NCBI GenBank assembly: GCA_030632085.1 | Contig: DAOVJY010000001.1 | Coordinates: forward strand, 335,402-399,401 | Length of the DNA: 64,000 bases | Reading direction: 5' to 3' | Source of the DNA: Candidatus Omnitrophota bacterium | GTDB lineage: Bacteria > Omnitrophota > Gorgyraeia > JAGLLT01 | Shown: positions 17,223-26,050 of the stretch, piece after piece | How the letters are laid out: every line of letters starts with the position of its first letter | Numbering within the stretch: the stretch's first letter is position 1 | Program-made: the position numbers and the translations under genes | Notes under the pieces: generated by a model | What the model saw: only the letters and a program-made list of their open reading frames with translations | Databases searched by the model: none | What the model was told of the DNA's origin: nothing

Positions 17223-19104
17223 TTAATATCTCTTTTGCTTTGTTTATCACAGCATCAACCGTTATGCCGTATTTATTAAAAAGTTCTTCTCTGGTACCGT
17301 GTTCAATAAATTCATCCGGCAGGCCAATTAGCCCGGATCTATAATCTGTAATCTTGTTTTCTTCTAAAAGTTCTAAAATCGCGCTTCCCGCGCCGCCAAG
17401 CCTGACACCTTCCTCAAGACAGATAAAGCGCTTACCGGTCTTTTTAATACAGTTAATTATCTTTTTATCAAGCGGTTTAATAAAACGCAAATCAACCACC
17501 TGAGCGGAGATATTTTCGTCCTCCAATTTCCCGGCTGCTTTAAGGGCAATTTCAGCCATAGGGCCGTAGGAAATTATAGTTATATCTTTGCCCTCTTTTA
17601 AAACCGCGGATTCACCTAGTTTTATAACGGACTTCTCAGTCGTTGATGGCTTCTTTGTCACAGCTCTGGGATATCTGATAGCCACCGGTCTTTTTAAACT
17701 AACAGCTAATTCCAACATCGCCTCAAAATCATCCGCATCCTTAGGAGCCATTATAACTAATTTAGGTAAATTTCGCAAGTAGGCTATATCAAAAACTCCC
17801 TGATGGGTCACCCCGTCTTGGCCAACAATGCCGGCCCGGTCAATAGCCAGGATAACTCCCAATTCCTGCAAACAAATATCATGGAATATTTGGTCGTAGC
17901 CGCGCTGCAGGAAAGTAGAATAAATAGCTACTACCGGTATAAAGCCTTCTTTAGCCATCCCGGCTGAAAAAGTCAAGCCATGCTGCTCGGCAATACCCAC
18001 ATCAAAAAACCTCTCAGGATATTTTCTGGCAAAAACATCCAGGCCGGTTCCATGAGGCATAGCCGCGGTAACGGCTACTATTTTATTGTTTTCTTTAGCT
18101 AGGGCGCATATTTTATCAGAAAATACTTCAGTAAAACTTATCTTGTTACCAAACTCTTTTTTATCTAATTTACCCTCTTCAATACCGTTTTCCTTATCAA
18201 AAGGATTAAGGCCGTGGAAATGAGCCGGGTCAGATTCAGCCGGTTTATAACCTTTCCCTTTAGTTGTCACCACATGAACTATCCTGGGGCCGCTCAAAGC
18301 GGAAACTTTTTGAAAGATAGCTATCAATTCTTTCATGTCATGGCCGTCAATAGGCCCGAAATAAGTAAAGCCCAGCTCTTCAAAGTAAATACCTGGAACA
18401 ATAAGGTTTTTAAGGCCCTCCTCAAATCTCTTGGCTGCCTTGGCCACTTTAGGCCCGAATTTAGGGATGCGTGAAACAAAAGTTCTCAGTTCATTTCTAA
18501 CCTTATTAAATAACGGCTCTGATATAAGACGGGTTAAATAACTGCTTAACGCCCCTACGCTCTCGGAAATGGACATCTCATTACTGTTTAAAACAATAAT
18601 AAAATCTTTACCCATTTGGCCCGCGTTATTTAAAGCCTCAAAAGACTCACCCCCGGATAAAGCCCCGTCACCAATAATGGCGACAACCTTATTTTTTTTC
18701 TTTTCTAAATCTCTGGCCGCGGCCAAACCCAGAGCAAAAGAGATAGAGGTTGAACTATGGCCCGAGGTCATAACATCATAGGGGCTCTCATCTTTATTAG
18801 GAAAGCCGCTTAAACCGCCAAATTGCCTTAAGGTTTTCATTTTATCTTTTCTGCCGGTAAGAATTTTGTGGGGATAACACTGGTGCCCTACATCCCAGAC
18901 AAGCTTATCCTGGGGTGTATTAAAAATATAGTGCAGGGCAATGGTCAGCTCTACAACTCCCAGGCTTGAGGCCAAATGGCCCCCAGTCTCAGAGACAGTA
19001 TTTATAACCAACTGCCTGACTTGCGAACTGAGTTCATTCAATTTATCTACAGGAAGTTTCTTTAAATCAGCCGGACTGTTAATTTTTGAAAGTATCTCAG
19101 ACAA
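17215..19104 (-). CDS. dxs: 1-deoxy-D-xylulose-5-phosphate synthase
   Basis: GGHLASSLGVVELT, WDVGHQ, GDGA, DVGIAEQH, DRAG.VG.DG.THQG. Confidence 0.97.
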   Translation of the reverse strand: MSEILSKINSPADLKKLPVDKLNELSSQVRQLVINTVSETGGHLASSLGVVELTIALHYIFNTPQDKLVWDVGHQCYPHKILTGRKDKMKTLRQFGGLSGFPNKDESPYDVMTSGHSSTSISFALGLAAARDLEKKKNKVVAIIGDGALSGGESFEALNNAGQMGKDFIIVLNSNEMSISESVGALSSYLTRLISEPLFNKVRNELRTFVSRIPKFGPKVAKAAKRFEEGLKNLIVPGIYFEELGFTYFGPIDGHDMKELIAIFQKVSALSGPRIVHVVTTKGKGYKPAESDPAHFHGLNPFDKENGIEEGKLDKKEFGNKISFTEVFSDKICALAKENNKIVAVTAAMPHGTGLDVFARKYPERFFDVGIAEQHGLTFSAGMAKEGFIPVVAIYSTFLQRGYDQIFHDICLQELGVILAIDRAGIVGQDGVTHQGVFDIAYLRNLPKLVIMAPKDADDFEAMLELAVSLKRPVAIRYPRAVTKKPSTTEKSVIKLGESAVLKEGKDITIISYGPMAEIALKAAGKLEDENISAQVVDLRFIKPLDKKIINCIKKTGKRFICLEEGVRLGGAGSAILELLEENKITDYRSGLIGLPDEFIEHGTREELFNKYGITVDAVINKAKEILND

Positions 19105-19115
19105 TGTTTTACCCG

Positions 19116-19343
19116 TTATTCCTCTTCAAGGGAAAAAGGTTTACTTGTAAGCTTACCTTCTTCTTTGGTTAGAATTTCTATTTTTTTCTCAGCTTCATTT
19201 AGTTTCTTGCTGCAAAGCTTGATTAATTTTACACCTTCTTCATAAGCCTTAAGCGAATCGTCTAACTCAAGAGAACCGCTTTCTAATTCATCTACTATTT
19301 TTTCAAGGCGCTCTACAGCCTTCTCAAATTTAAGTTCTGCCAT
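19116..19343 (-). CDS. xseB: Exodeoxyribonuclease VII small subunit
   Basis: FEKAVERLEKIV..LE...L.LDDSL..YEEG; follows xseA. Confidence 0.95.
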   Translation of the reverse strand: MAELKFEKAVERLEKIVDELESGSLELDDSLKAYEEGVKLIKLCSKKLNEAEKKIEILTKEEGKLTSKPFSLEEE

Positions 19344-19374
19344 GTATTTTATAACCTCCTGATTTGTACTTTCT

Positions 19375-20733
19375 CTACTTCTTTATTTCATAATTTATCT
19401 TTTTAACAATACTTCTTACGCGGCCGTCTTTAAGTAAAGTTTCTATTTCATCATCTTTTTTGACATCATTAATACTCTTAACAATCTTATTATCCTTATT
19501 GAAACTGATGCCGTACCCCCTGGATAAAACTGCTAGCGGGCTTAAGGCCTCCATTTTCGAAGAAACAGCCGCTAAATCCCTGCCTTTAATATCTATATAC
19601 TGTATTATACCCCTCTTAAAATGCCTGTAAAGGTCCAATAACCTTCTTCGATAATCCCTTAGGATAACCTCCGGCCTTTTAGCCAGAAGCAGGCTGGAAT
19701 ATCTCTTCAGGCGCTCTTGTTTTAAACTGACATAATGGCTGAATGATCTTGATAATAAAACCACAGCCTCATCTAATTCCTGTTTTCTCTGATATACAAG
19801 TTCACCGGGGTCTTTAAAAAAACGGCTATGGCTTAATTTTAAAAGGAGTTTTTCAAGGTTATTTAACGAGTTCTTAAAAACCGCTTGCAGCCTTTTAGAA
19901 TAATTAATTAAGGCGGCATTAAACTCTTTTTCTGAGCCAATGACCACCTCAGCCGCTTTAGTCGGTGTCGCCGCTCTTAAGTCAGCCACAAAATCGCTTA
20001 TAAGATAATCCTTCTGATGGCCTACAGCCGAAATAACCGGTATCTTAGAGTTAAATATAGCTCGAGCCACAATTTCTTCATTAAAAGCCCAGAGATCTTC
20101 TAAGCTTCCGCCGCCGCGGCCAACAATTAAAACATCTATTTCATCTAAAGTATTAAATTCTTCTATAGCCCGGGCAATTTCCTCAGCCGAACCTTCCCCC
20201 TGGACACGCACCGAATTAATTATGAGGTGAACTCTGGAGAAACGTTTATTAATATTATGAACAATGTCTTTTATGGCCGCTCCGGAAGAGGATGTGATTA
20301 TACCGATTTTTTTTGGAAAAAGTGGAATGGGCTTCTTGTGCTTTTCATCAAAGAGGCCCTCTTTCTCCAACCTGGCTTTTAACTGTTCAAAGGCAAGCTG
20401 CAAGGCGCCTAGCCCTTGAGGCTCAATACTTTCAATGTAAATTTGATATTTACCCTGAGGTTGATAAACACCGATACTGCCGAAACATAAAACTTTCTGG
20501 CCGTCTTTAATTTCAAATTTTATTTTTTGTCCGACGTTATTAAAAATAATAGCGCTTAACTGGGCTTTTTCATCTTTTAAAGTCAGATAACTGTGGCCGC
20601 TGAGGGGGTGTTTTTTATAGTTAGAAACTTCCCCTTCTACCCAGATACTACTAAAGGTATTTTTTAAAGTTCCGTTTATTCGGGATGTAATTTCGCTTAT
20701 TGAAAATATTTTTACACCATCAACTGGCTTCAT
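19375..20733 (-). CDS. xseA: Exodeoxyribonuclease VII large subunit
   Basis: WVEGEVSN, GRGGGSLEDLWAFN, SAVGH, LSP..VLSRGY. Confidence 0.96.
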   Translation of the reverse strand: MKPVDGVKIFSISEITSRINGTLKNTFSSIWVEGEVSNYKKHPLSGHSYLTLKDEKAQLSAIIFNNVGQKIKFEIKDGQKVLCFGSIGVYQPQGKYQIYIESIEPQGLGALQLAFEQLKARLEKEGLFDEKHKKPIPLFPKKIGIITSSSGAAIKDIVHNINKRFSRVHLIINSVRVQGEGSAEEIARAIEEFNTLDEIDVLIVGRGGGSLEDLWAFNEEIVARAIFNSKIPVISAVGHQKDYLISDFVADLRAATPTKAAEVVIGSEKEFNAALINYSKRLQAVFKNSLNNLEKLLLKLSHSRFFKDPGELVYQRKQELDEAVVLLSRSFSHYVSLKQERLKRYSSLLLAKRPEVILRDYRRRLLDLYRHFKRGIIQYIDIKGRDLAAVSSKMEALSPLAVLSRGYGISFNKDNKIVKSINDVKKDDEIETLLKDGRVRSIVKKINYEIKK

Positions 20734-21511
20734 CTAACTTTAGCTTTATTCTTTTAATTGACTTTGCTTTACCGGTTTTCTCATCAATGTCGATAAGTAC
20801 ACCCTGAAGCTGGATATTATTTTTAGCCATAGGGAATTTAGCCGGCATGCCGGTTAGAAAATGTTCAAGAACATTATCAATATCTCTGCCCAAGACAGAA
20901 TCAATAGGCCCGGTCATGCCTAAATCGGTAATATAGGCGGTACCTTTAGGAAGTATTATTTCATCCGCCGTCTGAACATGGGTATGCGTTCCCACAACAG
21001 CTGAGACTTTGCCATCTAAAAACCAACCCATAGCTATTTTTTCGCTGGTAGCCTCGGCATGAAAGTCGACAATAATATTAGGCGTTTCTTGGCTTATTTT
21101 CTCCAAAAGCGTATCCATAATTTTAAAAGGGCACCTTAGAGGCTTTAAGAATACGCGGCCTAAGATATTAACCACCGCAATTTTCAGATTACCATTAAGA
21201 GGCAGAATGATATAACCGCAGCCGGGAACTCCCTCGGGGTAATTTGCCGGCCTTAAAAGTTTATTCTCTTTGATTATGTAACTAAGGATATCTTTCTTTT
21301 TAAAGACATGATCCCCTGATGTAACAACATCAACGCCGGCTGAAAATAATTCCGTAGCTGTTTTTTCAGTATAGCCCGATCCACCGGCAGAATTTTCACC
21401 GTTGGCAATAACGAAGTCAACTTCATTTTTCTTCTTCATTTTACCAACGAATTGTTTTATCGCTTGACGTCCGGGCTTACCAACTACATCGCCAATCGCT
21501 AGGATTTTCAT
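20720..21511 (-). CDS. ymdB: YmdB-family metallophosphoesterase (TIGR00282)
   Basis: GDVVGKPGR, NGEN, DFHAEATSEK, GTHTHVQTAD; downstream of rny. Confidence 0.92.
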   Translation of the reverse strand: MKILAIGDVVGKPGRQAIKQFVGKMKKKNEVDFVIANGENSAGGSGYTEKTATELFSAGVDVVTSGDHVFKKKDILSYIIKENKLLRPANYPEGVPGCGYIILPLNGNLKIAVVNILGRVFLKPLRCPFKIMDTLLEKISQETPNIIVDFHAEATSEKIAMGWFLDGKVSAVVGTHTHVQTADEIILPKGTAYITDLGMTGPIDSVLGRDIDNVLEHFLTGMPAKFPMAKNNIQLQGVLIDIDEKTGKAKSIKRIKLKLDEAS

Positions 21512-21514
21512 TAT

Positions 21515-21607
21515 TTAGCTTTCAGTTTTCGGCTTTCGATTTTTAGTCGTCAGCATTTTTTAAGTTTTTTGTTTTTTCGCTGTCAACTGATGGCTGAAGG
21601 CTGAAGA
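21515..21607. repeat. Heptamer-repeat imperfect palindrome
   Basis: Left arm GCTTTCA GTTTTCG GCTTTCG...GTCAGC; right arm GCTGTCA ACTGATG GCTGAAG GCTGAAG. Confidence 0.6.
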
Positions 21608-21609
21608 CT

Positions 21610-23181
21610 TTATTTAGCGTATTCTATAGAACGAGTTTCCCTGATAACCACAACTTTAATCTGTCCGGGATACTCAAGCTCATCTTCAATCTTCTTGGTT
21701 ATCTCTCTAGCTAAACCAACAGTCTCTATGTCTGAAATCTTATCCGGTACAACCATAATTCTTATTTCTCTACCCGCTTGTATAGCGTAAGACTTCTGCA
21801 CACCACTAAAAGTGTTGGCAATACTTTCAAGATTGTTCAAACGCTTGACGTAACTCTCTAAAGTTTCTTTTCTGGCGCCGGGCCTTGACGCGCTAACGGC
21901 ATCAGCCGCCTGGGTCAAAACAGCGTAGAGTGTTTTAGGTTCAGCGCTTTCATGGTGGGCCTCTATAGCATGAACCACTTGATGCGACTCACCATATTTT
22001 TTAGCCAGGTTAGCGCCTATCTGATCATGCGAACCTTCAACCTCATGATCAACCGCCTTACCTATATCGTGTAAAAGTCCTATACGCCTGGCCAGTTTAA
22101 AATCAGATCCTAATTCAGAAGCCATAATACCCATTAGAAAGGCAACCTCTTTAGAGTGTTGTAAAACATTCTGGCCATAACTTGTTCTATATTTGAGTTT
22201 GCCTAATAATCTGATAATCTCGGCATGCAATCCGTGAACGCCGGCATCAAAAGCGGCTTTCTCGCCTTCTTCTCTGATGGTGGCTTCCATTTCTTCTTTA
22301 ACTTTCTTTACAACTTCTTCTATTCGTGCCGGGTGAATTCTTCCATCAGTGATAAGCCGTTGTAAAGAAATGCGGGCAACTTCGCGCCTAACCATATCAA
22401 AACCGGACAAAGTAACCGCACCCGGCGTATCGTCAATAACCACATCAATGCCTGTAGCCATTTCAAAAGCCCTGATGTTTCTACCTTCTCGGCCAATAAT
22501 ACGGCCCTTCATCTCGTCATTAGGTAAACTGACAACGCTAACTGTTGTCTCGGTAGCATGATCCGCCGCGCATCTTTGAATCGCCAAACTAATTATATTC
22601 TTAGCTTTTTTCTCGGCTGTAGTTTTAGCCTCATCTTCTATATTTTTTATCATTATGCTGGCTTCATGCCTGACATCAGACTCCATACGTTTTAATAAAA
22701 GATTCTTGGCCTCATCAGCGCTTAATCTGGAAATACTCTGAAGCTTCTCTTTTTCTTCTTCAAGAAGATTGTTTAACTCAACGCCTTTTAACTGAACATT
22801 TTTTTCTTTTTCTTGAATTGATGCTTCTAATACAACTACATCTCTTTCTTTCTTATCTAAGATATCAACTTTCCTATCAATATTATCCTCTTTTTGCACA
22901 AGACGTTTTTCAAGCCGCTCTAATTCCTGGCGCTTTTCTTTTGTTTGTTCTTCAAACTCTGATCTTACACGATAAAGAAGATCTCTACCTTCAAGTTCAA
23001 CTTCTTTTCTTTTTGCTCCTACTTCTTTTTCTGCTTGGTTCAAAATCTGAGTTGCTCTTTCTTCAGCTCCCTTTACTTTACCTTCAGCCATAAGCTTCCT
23101 GATAAAATAGCCGATTAAAAGAAGCACTATGGGAACTGCTATTATTAAAATTTGTTTTAAGATTGGATTTTCAGTTAACAT
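21610..23181 (-). CDS. rny: Ribonuclease Y
   Basis: N-terminal TM and coiled coil, KH motif KGRIIGREGRNIR, HD motif LLHDIGKA. Confidence 0.97.
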   Translation of the reverse strand: MLTENPILKQILIIAVPIVLLLIGYFIRKLMAEGKVKGAEERATQILNQAEKEVGAKRKEVELEGRDLLYRVRSEFEEQTKEKRQELERLEKRLVQKEDNIDRKVDILDKKERDVVVLEASIQEKEKNVQLKGVELNNLLEEEKEKLQSISRLSADEAKNLLLKRMESDVRHEASIMIKNIEDEAKTTAEKKAKNIISLAIQRCAADHATETTVSVVSLPNDEMKGRIIGREGRNIRAFEMATGIDVVIDDTPGAVTLSGFDMVRREVARISLQRLITDGRIHPARIEEVVKKVKEEMEATIREEGEKAAFDAGVHGLHAEIIRLLGKLKYRTSYGQNVLQHSKEVAFLMGIMASELGSDFKLARRIGLLHDIGKAVDHEVEGSHDQIGANLAKKYGESHQVVHAIEAHHESAEPKTLYAVLTQAADAVSASRPGARKETLESYVKRLNNLESIANTFSGVQKSYAIQAGREIRIMVVPDKISDIETVGLAREITKKIEDELEYPGQIKVVVIRETRSIEYAK

Positions 23182-23271
23182 ATCTATACAAACACCTCCT
23201 TAGCTTGATCTACATATCGAGCATTTAGTGAAATTATAAATATTCAGAAATTTTTTGAAAGTTGATAGATA

Positions 23272-23835
23272 TTAATTAGAGATAATCTCTTTAACCGCGA
23301 TATCGCGGGATGAAGTGGGTATATTATCGACTAATTGAAAGTCGAAGGCTAAGCCAATAGTGAGCGCACTTTCTGGAATTTTAGAAAGAAATCTGTCATA
23401 GTATCCTGTGCCGCGCCCTAAGCGATAACCTCTCAAATCAAAAGCCACGCCTGGCACTATAATTAAATCTATTTTTTTTAACGGAACGGGCCTGACAAAA
23501 TCACTCTTTGGTTGAAGTATTCCATAGGGCCCCTTACTTAATTCCTTATCAAAATCTACCAGCAATGATGCGATTAACTTGTTTTGGCTTACCACTGTTA
23601 TAGGTACCGCTATCTTTTTCCCACTTTTAAGTGAATCTCTAATCATTTGTTCTGTATTAACTTCAAAGTCTTCTGAAATATAAAACATCACTGTATCCGC
23701 GATTTTAAATTTCTCATGCGCATACAGCCTCCCCTTAATTTTTTCGCTCTTCAATCTCCTTTGTTCTTTATCCTGACTTCTTAATTTCTTAAGAAGTTCC
23801 TGTCTTATATTCTTTTTCTTTTCTTTAACATCCAC
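23272..23835 (-). CDS. 5-formyltetrahydrofolate cyclo-ligase
   Basis: IIVPGVAFD..G.RLGRG.GYYDRFL. Confidence 0.95.
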   Translation of the reverse strand: MDVKEKKKNIRQELLKKLRSQDKEQRRLKSEKIKGRLYAHEKFKIADTVMFYISEDFEVNTEQMIRDSLKSGKKIAVPITVVSQNKLIASLLVDFDKELSKGPYGILQPKSDFVRPVPLKKIDLIIVPGVAFDLRGYRLGRGTGYYDRFLSKIPESALTIGLAFDFQLVDNIPTSSRDIAVKEIISN

Positions 23836-23841
23836 AATCTT

Positions 23842-23869
23842 ATTATATACTAAAAATGGGTAGTGTCAA
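23842..23869 (-). promoter_or_regulatory. Sigma70 promoter, probably leaderless transcript
   Basis: TTGACA-16 nt-TATAAT with only 6 nt between it and the GTG start. Confidence 0.6.
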
Positions 23870-23887
23870 GAAAATACCCGAAACGCA

Positions 23888-25162
23888 CTAAATAACCTCT
23901 TCCAGAGAACTCATAACCCGGCTAGTAGCTCCTTTTAAGCCTTTGAGGCATTTATATGAATTTTCCCCAACTTCTTTATTTAAGGTATGTTGTGATAAAA
24001 GTTCTCTAATTTTCTCTTCTAACTCTACCTCATTCCCGACCATAAGAGCCCCATTTGCCTTAAGCAAACTCTCCGCCAGATAACGGCAGTTATCCACATG
24101 AGAACCAATAATAATGGGTTTTGAAAAAATAGCCGGTTCCACAAGATTATGGCCTCCTATTTTAGCCATAGTACCTCCCACGAAGCAAACTTCCGATAAG
24201 CTATAGGCCGCTTTTAACTTGCCCATAATATCTAGAATTAAAACATCGGCTCCGGGAGCCGACTCACCCAGCGGCTTACTGTAACTGGTATAGGTCAGAT
24301 CATTCTCGGCCACTAACTGCCTGATATACTCAGCCCTTTTTGTGTGGCGCGGCACAAGGATAAGTTTTAAAGTTTTAAACTCATTTTTAAGTTTCCCGTA
24401 GACCTTAATTAAAATGCTTTCCTCCGGATAATGGGTACTACCGGCACAAACGAGAAGGTCATCATTATTAATGGTAAAAATATTCTTTATCAATTCCTGA
24501 TCTTCTTTAACGTCGGCTATCATCTCAATTATATCAAACTTAGTATTACCGGTCACCTTAACCGCCTTTTTAGCGGCTCCCAACTCCATTATTCTCTTAG
24601 CGTCAGCTTCCGACTGCATCATAAAGAATTTTACTTTCTCAATTAACCTTCCAATAAACCATCTCCCGAAAAGATAACCGCGATAAGACCCCTCTGATAC
24701 GCGCCCGTTAATAAAAACTACCGGGATATTATCTTTATGTAGACGAGATAATAAATTAGGCCAAAGTTCCGTCTCGACTATAATAAATACTTCCGGCTTC
24801 AGAAGGCGGATAACTTTTCTAACAATAAAACTTAAATCTAAAGGTAGATAAATAACACTCACCCTGCCTTTGGCAATTTCTTTCGCACGCGCGTTACCGG
24901 TAGGTGTTACGGTTGAAATAACAATCTTTTTTCCGGGATACTTTTTTATAAGGGCTTCAACCAACGGTTGCGTACTGTTAGCCTCGCCAACACTGACGGC
25001 ATGAATCCAAATAACTTCTTTTCCGCTTAAGCCTTTGAGAATACTATTAGGTATAACTCCCAGGCGCATCATAAACCCCTGATGAAACTTCCGCTTTATA
25101 ATAAATAGGGGTATATATAAAATTAAAAAAACAATAAATAAAAAATCATATAGAATAAACAT
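23888..25162 (-). CDS. waaA: 3-deoxy-D-manno-octulosonic acid (Kdo) transferase
   Basis: IWIHAVSVGE, ETELWPN, GSTH..EE, LVPRH, GGHNL.EPA. Confidence 0.95.
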   Translation of the reverse strand: MFILYDFLFIVFLILYIPLFIIKRKFHQGFMMRLGVIPNSILKGLSGKEVIWIHAVSVGEANSTQPLVEALIKKYPGKKIVISTVTPTGNARAKEIAKGRVSVIYLPLDLSFIVRKVIRLLKPEVFIIVETELWPNLLSRLHKDNIPVVFINGRVSEGSYRGYLFGRWFIGRLIEKVKFFMMQSEADAKRIMELGAAKKAVKVTGNTKFDIIEMIADVKEDQELIKNIFTINNDDLLVCAGSTHYPEESILIKVYGKLKNEFKTLKLILVPRHTKRAEYIRQLVAENDLTYTSYSKPLGESAPGADVLILDIMGKLKAAYSLSEVCFVGGTMAKIGGHNLVEPAIFSKPIIIGSHVDNCRYLAESLLKANGALMVGNEVELEEKIRELLSQHTLNKEVGENSYKCLKGLKGATSRVMSSLEEVI

Positions 25163-25169
25163 TACTTTC

Positions 25170-26042
25170 TCAGGCTCTGGGATGAGCCTTACTATAAACC
25201 TCCTTTAATCTCTGTGTGGTAATATGGGTGTATATCTGAGTAGAGGATAAATTAGCGTGGCCTAAAAGTTCCTGGACCGAACGTAGGTCAGCTCCTCTAT
25301 CTAAAAGATGAGTCGCGAATGAATGGCGCAGGCTATGAGGCGAAATACCTGTCTTATTACAGAAAACCTTTATATATTTCTCAACAATACGCCTAATGGT
25401 TCTTTGATTTATTCTGCGGCCCCTCTTATTTAAAAAAACTACGCGGCTGCTTTCATTCACAGAAACAACTTTTTTATCCAAATATTGCCTTATAGCCTTT
25501 AAAGCGCTTTCCCCGACGGGGACCAGCCTTTCCTTCTTGCCTTTTCCCCTAACTTTTATGACCCCGCCGATAAAGTCTATATTTTCTATATTAAGGGCAA
25601 CTAGTTCACCTACGCGCATACCGGTTGAATAAAGCGTTTCTAAGATAGCTCTGTCTCTTAGGCCAATTTCAGTATTTTTATCAGGAGCTTCTAAGAGTTT
25701 TATAATTTCATTTTCGGTTAAAAAATTGGGGAGTTTTTTTTCCTGTCTGGGAGTGGCCAGGCTGAGAGCCGGATTAGTCTCAATAAAATTTTCTCTGACA
25801 CAAAACTTAAAAAAAGACCTTAGGACGGCCAGTTTTCTGGCAATTGTCGATTTAGCATAACTCTTCTTTTTCAAGAAAGCCATCCAGGTTCTTAACTTTA
25901 AATGAGTTATCGCCTTTAAATCCTCTGAATTAATAAAAGCGGCAAACTCCTCTAAATCTTTATGATAATTTAAAAGGGTGTAATTGGAAGCATTCTTTTC
26001 AACTTCTAAATAATTAATAAATTTAATTATATATCGTTTCAT
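25170..26042 (-). CDS. xerC: Tyrosine recombinase XerC
   Basis: RDRAILETLYSTGMRVGEL, HSLRHSFATHLL.GADLR.VQELLGH..LSSTQIYT; dprA-topA-xerC synteny. Confidence 0.92.
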   Translation of the reverse strand: MKRYIIKFINYLEVEKNASNYTLLNYHKDLEEFAAFINSEDLKAITHLKLRTWMAFLKKKSYAKSTIARKLAVLRSFFKFCVRENFIETNPALSLATPRQEKKLPNFLTENEIIKLLEAPDKNTEIGLRDRAILETLYSTGMRVGELVALNIENIDFIGGVIKVRGKGKKERLVPVGESALKAIRQYLDKKVVSVNESSRVVFLNKRGRRINQRTIRRIVEKYIKVFCNKTGISPHSLRHSFATHLLDRGADLRSVQELLGHANLSSTQIYTHITTQRLKEVYSKAHPRA

Positions 26043-26050
26043 AAGAAACT

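Noticed and set aside
23182-23887. 6S RNA, often found beside the 5-FTHF cyclo-ligase gene and rny
   Set aside because: The flanking intergenic gaps are only about 50 and 90 bp, too short, with no long hairpin.
25170-26042. Tyrosine recombinase as the integron integrase for the attC array
   Set aside because: It has XerC motifs and dprA-topA-xerC synteny, lacks the IntI-specific insertion, and lies 24 kb away.
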